A stretch of 64,000 nucleotides of DNA from Myxococcota bacterium (GTDB lineage: Bacteria > Myxococcota_A > UBA9160 > UBA6930): positions 928,001 through 992,000 of the forward strand of contig OZ245015.1 in the NCBI GenBank assembly GCA_965223705.1. The letters run 5' to 3'. The notes below the pieces were generated by a model that was not told where the DNA came from, made no database searches, and was given only the letters and a program-made list of their open reading frames with translations. Numbering within the stretch: the stretch's first letter is position 1; every line of letters starts with the position of its first letter. This document shows positions 56,329-64,000 of this stretch, piece by piece. The position numbers and the translations under genes were made by a program.

Positions 56329-56435
56329 AATTCAAAGTACTCGTGAACTAGTTGTCGAGGGTTGATGCTCTCAGTATAGGCGTCAGCAACTTTGCGGCCT
56401 ATTAGACAGTCGTCATCCGTAGATTCTACGATGAG

Positions 56436-56855
56436 CTACGGCTCTCCGATCCCTTCCACCATGACGCCGTTCGAGGTCTTCGGGTGAGTCAGCCAGCGAG
56501 GGGTGTGCTGCCCAGAAATCGCTGGGCGCTCGATCACTTCAAGGCCCGACACGCGGAGCGCCTCCCCAGTCGTCGCGATATCGCCCACGTCGACGGCGAG
56601 GTGGTAGAACCCCTCCCCTGAACGCGCGAGACGCCGAGCCAACGCGTTGTCCATGTCGCTCTTGTCCATCGGTTCGATGAGTTCGATCGACATCTCGTCG
56701 GCGGTTCCTCCGACAGAGAGCATGGCGTTGCGGATGCCCTCGACTGGAATCTCCATCTCGTCGTACTTGATCAGGCCAAAGACCTCGGTCCAGAGCTTCG
56801 TTGCCGCCTCGAGATCGTCGACCACGATGCCGATATGTCGAATGCGCTTGATCAT
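56436..56855 (-). CDS. VOC family protein (methylmalonyl-CoA epimerase-like)
   Basis: HIGIVVDDL, IELIEP, GEGFYHLA..V, HPK..NGVMVE. Confidence 0.88.
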   Translation of the reverse strand: MIKRIRHIGIVVDDLEAATKLWTEVFGLIKYDEMEIPVEGIRNAMLSVGGTADEMSIELIEPMDKSDMDNALARRLARSGEGFYHLAVDVGDIATTGEALRVSGLEVIERPAISGQHTPRWLTHPKTSNGVMVEGIGEP

Positions 56856-57097
56856 GTGGGTCACCCTCGCTTCGGGCTAGCGCACGATCGCGTGAATGCA
56901 GCCGCGCTTTCAGCCCGCGGCCAGCCTATCACGCGAGGGTTCGAGAAGTGTCCGAAGGGAGCGAGGCGCGGGCAGCTAGCCGCCTGCCCCTGGCCGTCCG
57001 CCTTCGCAAAGAAAGAAGTGGTACGCTGCAGCCGTGGATGCCGATTTGTGGCAGAGAGCCGCTCGCATCGGTCCTAGCTTGTTCCGGAGGTGGACTC

Positions 57098-57541
57098 GTG
57101 GATAGAAAACCGCTTGTCGTAAAGCCGAGTTCGTATCGCGCCGCGCTCAATGTTATCGACACCGACGTTACGGTGCTTGCCGGGACGGCCGAGACCAATG
57201 GGCAGGAGTTCACGTTTCAGTCCGGAGACGAGGGGAAGGGGCCCCCGCCTCACAGCCATGACTGGGACGAAGCATTTTTCGTACTCAAAGGAAGCATCAA
57301 CGTTGTGTGTGGAGAAACCGAGGAAACATGTTGCCCCGGGACGCTGGTATTCGTTCCGGCCGGGACTGTTCACTCTTTTTCCTACGGCCCGGGCGGTGGA
57401 GAAATGATCGAGGTCGCCGGTGTGGGTAGCGGCGCTTCTCAGGTGTTTGCGGAGCTCGATGCTGCCGTCCCGCCGGGACCTCCGGACGTCGAGAAGATCG
57501 TCGGCGTGATGAAGAAGAACGGAGTCGCCGTACACATCTGA
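57098..57541 (+). CDS. Cupin domain protein
   Basis: PPPHSHDWDEAFFVLKG and PAGTVHSF; GGAGG RBS before GTG. Confidence 0.9.
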   Translation: MDRKPLVVKPSSYRAALNVIDTDVTVLAGTAETNGQEFTFQSGDEGKGPPPHSHDWDEAFFVLKGSINVVCGETEETCCPGTLVFVPAGTVHSFSYGPGGGEMIEVAGVGSGASQVFAELDAAVPPGPPDVEKIVGVMKKNGVAVHI

Positions 57542-57589
57542 GCTGTCTCGGTCCGCCTCCGGGTCTCGGCTCCTTGGGCAATGAGGGTC

Positions 57590-58075
57590 CGTGTCGTCGA
57601 CCAGCACCGTCCCGAAGTCGTTTCCAAAGAACACCTCATTGTCGACCGACGCAGTGAGGAGGACCGTCTGCGGCATCGCGGCTCTTCTCTTGTTTGGATG
57701 CACGTACACGGTAGAGACCCCTAAGCCGGACCCTCGCGTGCGCATGGAGCGGGTGCTCGAACTCGAGCGCGACGGCCGATGGGGGCACTGCGAGGCGGAT
57801 CTGGTTCTCAACCGCCGCGGTCAGCGCCCTGCGAGAAAATCCTCGCTCTCAGCGCGAAGGCGCGCACCGAGTCCGGTTTCTGACGGAGCCGCGTCGAGCG
57901 GTGCCCAAGCCTCGAGCAGAGGCGCACCGTCGATCTCGACGGTCACGGCGGCTGGTTCGAGTTCGATCCGCTGAGCCACGTGGACTTCTAGCGGCTCGGT
58001 GAGTTCGGGGGTCCCGACGGCATGGGATCCGGTGGCAGCGAAAAGCGCGAGGATGGCGAGTGCAAAGCGTGTCAT
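57590..58075 (-). pseudogene. Probable degraded secreted-protein gene (84-aa ORF with coding-like continuation in other frames)
   Basis: AGGAGG RBS and signal peptide; after TGA 57823-57821 protein-like text (ALTAAVENQIRLAVPP..., VLLTASVDNEVFFG...) continues in shifted frames. Confidence 0.4.
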
Positions 58076-58183
58076 CGGGTGCGACCTCCTGGCTGAGGGG
58101 CGGGGGCCCCTCCGATGCGAAGAAGTCGCGCGGGATCCGGATTCGGATCACCCGATTTGGCAACCGTCGCCGGAATGGGAACC

Positions 58184-58206
58184 GAACTCGGCCGCAAGAA
58201 GCGGAT
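58184..58206. repeat. Dispersed conserved intergenic element, partial copy 3
   Basis: GAACTCGGCCGCAAGAAGCGGAT matches copies 1 and 2 at 22 of 23 nt. Confidence 0.75.
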
Positions 58207-58242
58207 GGCAGAACGGACCACCCAGTCTATACGAGACGCCAA

Positions 58243-58875
58243 TCAAGATGTGGGCGCGGGCGCTGCCCCCTGACTAGGCCGCTCTCGGCTTCGGGTTCGG
58301 CCCAGGCCCACCAGGCCGAGCATCAGCAGTGCCGCCGGGCCCGGCTCGGGCGTGAATGTCCAAACTCCGGGACTGTCAGCGACGTGGCCTCCGTCCGACG
58401 CAGGGAACAAGATGATGATCCCGTCCCTAAAGCTGACCGGTCGAATGACGCCGCTGTCGCGGGCGTTGAACGCGTCAAGGCTCGTCGTCACGGAGAGCAC
58501 CACGGTCGGAGGGCCCTCCTCCAGGGTTCGACCGGCACCAAAGTTCCATGCGGTGATCGCTCCGTCGGGGCTCGTGCTCACTGCCAGGAGCGGAGAGAAG
58601 TCAGCGTTCGCGGCACTCAGAGTTTCTCGGCCATCGCTTATCGCCCAGCCTAGGAGAGCGCTCACCGGAATCGGCTCGAAGGTGAGGTTCGCCGGAAGTG
58701 GGGTATCGAGCTCAAAGAACCCGGTGACGCGCATCGCCGTGTCGTAGGCCCCCGACACCTCGCTGAACGCGTTCCCGACGTACGTGTAGATCGCCAGCGC
58801 GTTCGTGGAACTGGTCACTAAGATCGGGAGGAACAAACCGAGTACAAGGAAAAGGCGACGAAGGGCGACGCTCAC
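58243..58875 (-). CDS. PEP-CTERM sorting domain protein
   Basis: Signal peptide; TPEPGPAALLMLGLVGLGRTRSR. Confidence 0.85.
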   Translation of the reverse strand: MSVALRRLFLVLGLFLPILVTSSTNALAIYTYVGNAFSEVSGAYDTAMRVTGFFELDTPLPANLTFEPIPVSALLGWAISDGRETLSAANADFSPLLAVSTSPDGAITAWNFGAGRTLEEGPPTVVLSVTTSLDAFNARDSGVIRPVSFRDGIIILFPASDGGHVADSPGVWTFTPEPGPAALLMLGLVGLGRTRSRERPSQGAAPAPTS

Positions 58876-59597
58876 AAAGACCTCCGGTTGCCCGAATACG
58901 ATCGGTCAGAGGCGAAGCCAAGGGCAGCGAGGCCGAGAATGAGCAGTACCGCCGTACCGGGCTCGGGTACCGCGCGGACGAGGTAGTGGCCGACCGGGGC
59001 GGGGTCGGATTCAGACAGCGCCGCAAATTCTTCCAAGAATAGTTCGCTAGGGGTGAACTCGATGGCCGTGATCGAGTCAAAGCCAGTTGTGGTGGCGCGT
59101 CCTGTACGATCGGTCGCCTTGACCTCCACGCCAACCAACTCGAGATCCAGTGAGACGAAGACCGCAGCGGTTGGGCCAAAGCCGAAGATCGTTCCAGTCC
59201 CGCCCGTTGCGGCGAGTCCAAGAAGAGTTCGGTTGTTCGTATCGCAGCCGAAAGTACACCCGAGCAGTTCGAGTAGCCTACTTGCGCCATCGAAGTGACT
59301 TGCCTCGAACGGAGTGTTGAGCGTGTCTAGACCGGCGGCCGAGAAGAGCTCGTCGATCTCTGTGACGGATGCATGTCGGAATCCAAGGTCGACCCATCCC
59401 CCAACGCGGTCGAGATAGATCTCGCTGACGGTGAGGCCCGCGGTCTGGTCCACGTCGAGCCACTCGAGCCCCGACTCGGTGTCCACCGTAAGCAGACCGT
59501 CTCCCGGCGCGAAGAGGTCGCCCCGAATGAGCGCGGCTTGGGTGGGCGAGGCCAGGCACACGGCGAGGAGGGCGCACGCGACAAGGTCCGACCGCAT
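58872..59597 (-). CDS. PEP-CTERM sorting domain protein
   Basis: Signal peptide; GDGLLTVDTESGLEWLD; VPEPGTAVLLILGLAALG; GTGA overlap with next gene. Confidence 0.85.
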   Translation of the reverse strand: MRSDLVACALLAVCLASPTQAALIRGDLFAPGDGLLTVDTESGLEWLDVDQTAGLTVSEIYLDRVGGWVDLGFRHASVTEIDELFSAAGLDTLNTPFEASHFDGASRLLELLGCTFGCDTNNRTLLGLAATGGTGTIFGFGPTAAVFVSLDLELVGVEVKATDRTGRATTTGFDSITAIEFTPSELFLEEFAALSESDPAPVGHYLVRAVPEPGTAVLLILGLAALGFASDRSYSGNRRSL

Positions 59598-59669
59598 CTT
59601 TCGTGCCTCCGCCCCCGACCCGCGGAAGTGTAACCCCTTACCGTCCGGGTTCAGCCCGGTTTCCACCAG

Positions 59670-59701
59670 CGTCCGCCGCCGCTGCGGTCAAACTGTTGTC
59701 A
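59670..59701. repeat. 32-bp direct repeat, copy 1
   Basis: CGTCCGCCGCCGCTGCGGTCAAACTGT(T)GTCA, one mismatch to 60632-60663. Confidence 0.85.
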
Positions 59702-59885
59702 ACTGAAGTTGCGATCGAGCCCCTCGCCCAACAGCGCACGTTGCAATACGACACGGAAGCTTCAGATCGACAAACCAACTCCGAAGGGCTGAGGTGATAT
59801 GCTGCAGATCGGTCGGCAATTGGTGAGTTAGGCGGACGCCAACGAAGGCGGGTCTAATCACCGACACCTGTGGAAGGGAAAAGCA

Positions 59886-60500
59886 ATGCGACTGATGGCA
59901 CTAGGAGGTGTGGCCGGCCCCTTGGTCTTCGCGGTTGTGATTGCTGTGTGTGGCTGGATCCGGCCCGACTACAGCCACCTCCACCAGTTCATCAGCGAGC
60001 TTGGAGCGACCGGAACGGTTTTCGCACCTTTGATGAACTACGGTGGCTTCGTCGTCGCTGGCCTCCTACTCACGACCTTCGGGGTTTCACTGTTGCGCAT
60101 TATGCCCGACGAACGCCTACCCATGATTGGGTCGATGTTTGCCATCGTATTTGGCGCAGGCGTAACAGCGTCTGGCCTGATCTCATGTGACCCAGGTTGT
60201 CCTCAGGTTGGGGGCTCGACCGAGAACTTCATCCACGACAAGATCGCGCCCATCGCATTCATTTGTTTGATCCTTGCTACCTGGCTCTTGGGAGGCTCAT
60301 TTCGCCGCATGCCACAGTGGCGTTCTCTCTCGGTGTATTCACTTGTGACAGGATTCGTCGCTTTGGGATGTCTCGTCGCACTCATTGGGACGCTTGAATC
60401 GCGCGTTCTCACAGGGCTCTGGCAACGTCTCCTGCTGGTTGTGCTTTTCCTCTGGACTGGAATCGTGGGCGTGCGTGCATCTTCTCTTGCTCGTGTCTGA
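59886..60500 (+). CDS. DUF998 family membrane protein
   Basis: PDYSHLHQFISELGA, CDPGC, H, GLWQR; visibly lower GC. Confidence 0.85.
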   Translation: MRLMALGGVAGPLVFAVVIAVCGWIRPDYSHLHQFISELGATGTVFAPLMNYGGFVVAGLLLTTFGVSLLRIMPDERLPMIGSMFAIVFGAGVTASGLISCDPGCPQVGGSTENFIHDKIAPIAFICLILATWLLGGSFRRMPQWRSLSVYSLVTGFVALGCLVALIGTLESRVLTGLWQRLLLVVLFLWTGIVGVRASSLARV

Positions 60501-60631
60501 CCTAATCGGCTCGAGTGACCGATGGTCACGGCGGGCCCGTGGGTCTCATTAGCGGATACGTCCGCGGTTCAAATCGTCTATTGGTGGCTCGGGCACCCGA
60601 AGTCGGCCCCGACTCCTCTACTGCGCACCGA

Positions 60632-60663
60632 CGTCCGCCGCCGCTGCGGTCAAACTGTAGTCA
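60632..60663. repeat. 32-bp direct repeat, copy 2 (adjacent to tRNA 3' end)
   Basis: CGTCCGCCGCCGCTGCGGTCAAACTGT(A)GTCA. Confidence 0.85.
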
Positions 60664-60711
60664 GGAGAAGCTCGCGGCCGGGCAGGAGACGCCCCAACCG
60701 CCTGGATTCGC

Positions 60712-60787
60712 TGGAGCCGACGAGCGGATTTGAACCGCTGACCTGCTGATTACGAATCAGCTGCTCTACCAACTGAGCTACGTCGGC
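60712..60787 (-). tRNA. tRNA-Thr(CGT)
   Basis: GCCGACG acceptor stem, TAGCTCAGTTGGTAGAGC D-arm, CTGAT-TCGTA-ATCAG anticodon arm, GGTTCAAATCC T-loop, encoded CCA; 76 nt. Confidence 0.97.
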
Positions 60788-60957
60788 CGGATCGATGAAA
60801 CGCTTAGCCGATTCTGAATCCATGCGCCTGCCCCGCGAGCACCGATTCGCTGCGTTATCGCGGAGGGGAGTGCCCCCACCCCGGGAAGTTTTCAGGCGGC
60901 TACGACGGCGCTTTCCCCGAGGACGCCAGGCAGGCAGACCTCGCGTATCCTTCGCCT

Positions 60958-62430
60958 ATGACCCGATCCGACAGCCCCTCGTCGCTGTTTCAAGGCTACC
61001 GACCCCTCGAGGGAACGTGGGACGAATACTTTGGGGATCGCGATGAGCCGCGCCCCGAGGCCCGGCACATCGTCGCGCTGCTCAATGAGCTCGGAACCAA
61101 GGAGTTTCGGGCGCGCCAGAAGCTCGCGGATGCGACGTTTCTGCGGGGCGGGATCACCTTCTCGGTCTACTCGGATCAGCGGGGCTCCGAGCGCATCTTT
61201 CCGTTCGACCTCGTTCCGCGCGTGATCGCGCAAAGCCACTGGCGGCGCGTCGAGCAAGGCCTGAAGCAGCGGATCAGCGCGCTGAACGCGTTTCTCAGCG
61301 ACGTCTACGGCGAGCAGCGGATCCTCGATGAGGGCGTCGTTCCGCGCGACTTCGTGCTCGGCGCGAAGGGGTACCTGCCGCAGATGCGCGGCGTGCGCCC
61401 ACCGAGCGGCGTGCACATCCACATCGCGGGAATCGATCTGATCCGCGACCCCGAGGGTAATTTCCTCGTCCTCGAGGACAACGTCCGTACACCGTCCGGT
61501 GTTTCGTACGTGCTTGAGAACCGCACGGTGATGAAGAAAGTCTTCCCGCACGTCTTTTCGGAATCGCGCGTCCGCGGGGTCGAGGAGTATCCGCTCCGTC
61601 TCGTCGAGGCGCTGACGTCCGTGGGACCCGCTCCGGACGAAGAAGAGGGCACCGCGGTGCTGACGCCGGGTTCGCTCAACTCGGCGTATTTCGAGCACAG
61701 CTTCCTGGCGCGACGCATGGGTGTGCCGCTGATCGAAGGTCGCGATCTCTTCGTCGATCAGGATCGCGTCTACGCGAAAACCACGCTCGGCCCACGTCGG
61801 ATCGACGTGATCTATCGCCGCATCGACGATCCTTTCCTCGATCCCGAGGCGTTCCGAAAAGACAGTCTGCTCGGTGTCCCCGGTCTGGTGGCGGCCTATG
61901 CGAAAGGCAACGTCGCCCTCGCCAACGCGATCGGCAACGGGGTCGCCGACGACAAGGGCATCTACCCCTTCGTGCCCGACATGATCCGGTTCTATCTCTC
62001 CGAGGAGCCGATCCTCGGTCAGGTGCGGACCTACGTCTGCGCCCGAGAAGACGACCGACGGTATGTCGTCGAGCACCTTTCCGAACTGGTGGTCAAATCG
62101 GTGAACGAAGCCGGGGGGTACGGCATGCTGATCGGTCCGCAGGCGTCGCGCCGCGAGCGGGCCGAGTTTCGCGAGCGCATCGAGGCGGATCCTCGCGGCT
62201 ACATCGCACAGCCGCGGATCGAGCTTTCGACGTGCCCCACCTGGGCTTCGAAGGCCGTCGCACCGCGTCGCGTCGATCTCCGCCCCTACATCTTGACCGG
62301 TGCGAACGGCTCCTGGGTGCTGCCGGGCGGGCTCACCCGTGTGGCGCTCGTCGAGGGCTCGTACGTCGTGAATTCGAGTCAAGGCGGCGGGTCGAAAGAC
62401 ACCTGGGTGCTCGAGGGGGCCGGCACATGA
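60958..62430 (+). CDS. Circularly permuted type 2 ATP-grasp protein
   Basis: [66 protein letters not shown]. Confidence 0.95.
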   Translation: MTRSDSPSSLFQGYRPLEGTWDEYFGDRDEPRPEARHIVALLNELGTKEFRARQKLADATFLRGGITFSVYSDQRGSERIFPFDLVPRVIAQSHWRRVEQGLKQRISALNAFLSDVYGEQRILDEGVVPRDFVLGAKGYLPQMRGVRPPSGVHIHIAGIDLIRDPEGNFLVLEDNVRTPSGVSYVLENRTVMKKVFPHVFSESRVRGVEEYPLRLVEALTSVGPAPDEEEGTAVLTPGSLNSAYFEHSFLARRMGVPLIEGRDLFVDQDRVYAKTTLGPRRIDVIYRRIDDPFLDPEAFRKDSLLGVPGLVAAYAKGNVALANAIGNGVADDKGIYPFVPDMIRFYLSEEPILGQVRTYVCAREDDRRYVVEHLSELVVKSVNEAGGYGMLIGPQASRRERAEFRERIEADPRGYIAQPRIELSTCPTWASKAVAPRRVDLRPYILTGANGSWVLPGGLTRVALVEGSYVVNSSQGGGSKDTWVLEGAGT

Positions 62431-63425
62431 TCTCGCGTGTCGCCGAGAGCTGTTTCTGGTTGAACCGCTATGTCGAGCGCGTCGAGGTGCTCGCTCGCAT
62501 GCTCGGTGTGAATGTCGCCTTCCAGCTCGATGTCGACCTCGAGCAGGCGGAATGCTGGCGCCCGCTGGTGGTCGTGACCGGCCAGGAAGCCGATTTTCTC
62601 AAACGACACGACGAAGCGCGGGCCGACGATCCGGAACTCGTGCAGGACTACCTGACCTGGAGCGACGACAACCCCAGCTCGCTGCGTTCGTCGCTGTGGT
62701 CGGCACGGGAGAACGCGCGGACCATTCGGGAGACGATCAGCCTCGAGATGTGGGAGACGCTGAACGACCTGTGGGTCTGGCTCGGCGAGCGCGAGGCGAA
62801 GCGCCTCTACGACCGCGACCGCCCCGCGTTCTACGCGCGCTTGCGGAACCAGTGTCTGCTCTTTCACGGGGTCGCCCAGGCGACCATGCTCCACGAGGAT
62901 CCCTTCGAGTTCATGCGCCTCGGGACGGCGTTAGAACGGGTCGGGCAGACCGCGCGAATTCTCGACGTGAAGCATCACAGCGTCGGACCCACCCGAGAGG
63001 CCGAGGATGGCGAAGAAACCCCGGCCGAGATCGCGCAATGGCTCGCGACGCTCCGCTTCTGCTCGGGTGTCGAGCCCTTCCTCAAGCGACGCACCGCGGT
63101 GCCTTCCGGCGCCGCGGTCGCCGAGTTCCTGCTCTTCGACCGCGCCTTCGCGAGGTCCGTTCTGCACAACCTCAACCGCACGGGGAACTTCCTGCGCCTG
63201 GTCGTCCCCCGCGGCGGCTCCCCGATCGGCGCCCGAAGTCGAACGCTTCTCTCCGAGACCCGCAGCCAGCTCTCATCGATGAGCATCGAGTCGGTGTTGC
63301 ACGAGGGGCTCCACGAGACCCTGACGTGGATCGTGGGAATCACGGCGGAGCTCAGCGACCTGATCGACGCCGAGTTCTTCGATCCGATCCCGGTCGTCTC
63401 GGCAAACGTCGAGACGCCCGCCTAA
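62427..63425 (+). CDS. Alpha-E domain-containing protein (DUF403)
   Basis: [51 protein letters not shown] overlap. Confidence 0.93.
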   Translation: MISRVAESCFWLNRYVERVEVLARMLGVNVAFQLDVDLEQAECWRPLVVVTGQEADFLKRHDEARADDPELVQDYLTWSDDNPSSLRSSLWSARENARTIRETISLEMWETLNDLWVWLGEREAKRLYDRDRPAFYARLRNQCLLFHGVAQATMLHEDPFEFMRLGTALERVGQTARILDVKHHSVGPTREAEDGEETPAEIAQWLATLRFCSGVEPFLKRRTAVPSGAAVAEFLLFDRAFARSVLHNLNRTGNFLRLVVPRGGSPIGARSRTLLSETRSQLSSMSIESVLHEGLHETLTWIVGITAELSDLIDAEFFDPIPVVSANVETPA

Positions 63426-64000
63426 CTTTCGGTTGGAACTTCCTCGACGCGAACGGACGTGGTGAGCGTCTCCGTTCCGCCACCTCGGTAGATCGTTCCA
63501 GAGGTCGGCGTCGCGTCCCGGTAGTTGCGCCCGCACGCGACGCGGACGTGGTTGGTGCCGACCTGGATCCCGTTGGTCGGATCGAGACCGTGCCAGCCGA
63601 CCTGGGGTAGGTAGAGCTCCGTCCACGCGTGAGAGGCCTCGGACTGGATCTTGTTGGCGTAGTCGGCACCGGTGAAGATGTACCCCATGCGATACCGCGC
63701 GGGAATGTGCAAGAGCCGCGCGACGCAGATCATGACGTTCGCGAAGTCTTGGCAGACCCCGCGCCTCGATTCGAAGACTTCGAACGGAGTCGTCGCGATC
63801 GTCGTCGAGCCCGAGGTGTACTCGAAATCCCGGTAGATGGTTTCGTTCAGGTCGAGCACGGTACCGACGAGGTCGTAGGTATTGCGTTCGACGAAGCTCA
63901 TCGCGAACTCGGAGAGTTCTTGAAGTTGTGACTCCGGGAGCTCGGGCGGCATGAGATAGGCGGAAAGCATCTGCCGTTGCCAGGGCATCCAGGCGAGCGG
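63422..64000 (-). CDS. Transglutaminase-like family protein, 5'-truncated by window edge
   Basis: GVCQDFA, IPARY..GY, SHAW.E, GW.G.DPTN, GRNY.D..P. Confidence 0.93.
   Translation of the reverse strand, partial: PLAWMPWQRQMLSAYLMPPELPESQLQELSEFAMSFVERNTYDLVGTVLDLNETIYRDFEYTSGSTTIATTPFEVFESRRGVCQDFANVMICVARLLHIPARYRMGYIFTGADYANKIQSEASHAWTELYLPQVGWHGLDPTNGIQVGTNHVRVACGRNYRDATPTSGTIYRGGGTETLTTSVRVEEVPTES

Noticed and set aside
57821..57823. Second selenocysteine UGA at the end of the 84-aa ORF
   Set aside because: No Cys-motif context, and coding-like sequence continues in other frames, so frameshift decay is more plausible
27228..58206. CRISPR array or known riboswitch interpretation of the dispersed 32-bp element
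   Set aside because: Copies are kilobases apart with no spacers or cas genes, and the sequence lacks the conserved cores of TPP, SAM, FMN or cobalamin riboswitches as far as I can recognise
59725..59760. Sigma-54 promoter for the 58243-59597 PEP-CTERM pair
   Set aside because: TTGC is present but there is no GG at the -24 position on either strand
59827..60506. Integron cassette (GTTAGGC before DUF998, ACCTAAT after its stop)
   Set aside because: Inverse core is imperfect, no attC palindrome could be folded, and no intI is present

Overview
High-GC bacterial chromosomal window with about 70 CDSs and one tRNA-Thr(CGT). TonB-dependent receptor and PEP-CTERM genes indicate a diderm; gene style suggests a Myxococcota/deltaproteobacteria-like lineage, which is inference only. 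Main blocks: (1) 3' part of a quinohemoprotein PQQ alcohol dehydrogenase facing an ExbB/ExbD-like three-gene motor module and alkaline phosphatase. (2) A eukaryote-type bifunctional PFK-2/FBPase-2 next to an exostosin-like gene. (3) A Rieske oxygenase / AzoR / DszA-like monooxygenase cluster containing a probable selenoprotein rhodanese (in-frame UGA at the catalytic Cys plus a SECIS-like hairpin). (4) PEP-CTERM genes, one carrying two sorting signals in a single ORF behind a sigma-54 promoter. (5) A ~13.5 kb storage-lipid cluster (29.4-42.9 kb) joining TAG/wax-ester synthesis (GpsA, GYD-PlsC fusion, HAD phosphatase, WS/DGAT) with a Bacillus-like class IV PHA system (PhaC, PhaR-like, PhaQ-like). 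It includes duplicated operator/phasin-like/hydrolase modules, one frameshifted by a tandem duplication. (6) BlaI/M56/TonB receptor and an MMPL transporter. (7) An accessory region (about 52.1-60.7 kb) at the tRNA-Thr 3' end, separating two ATP-grasp/peptidase-type loci. All calls come from motif recognition by eye; no database searches were run.
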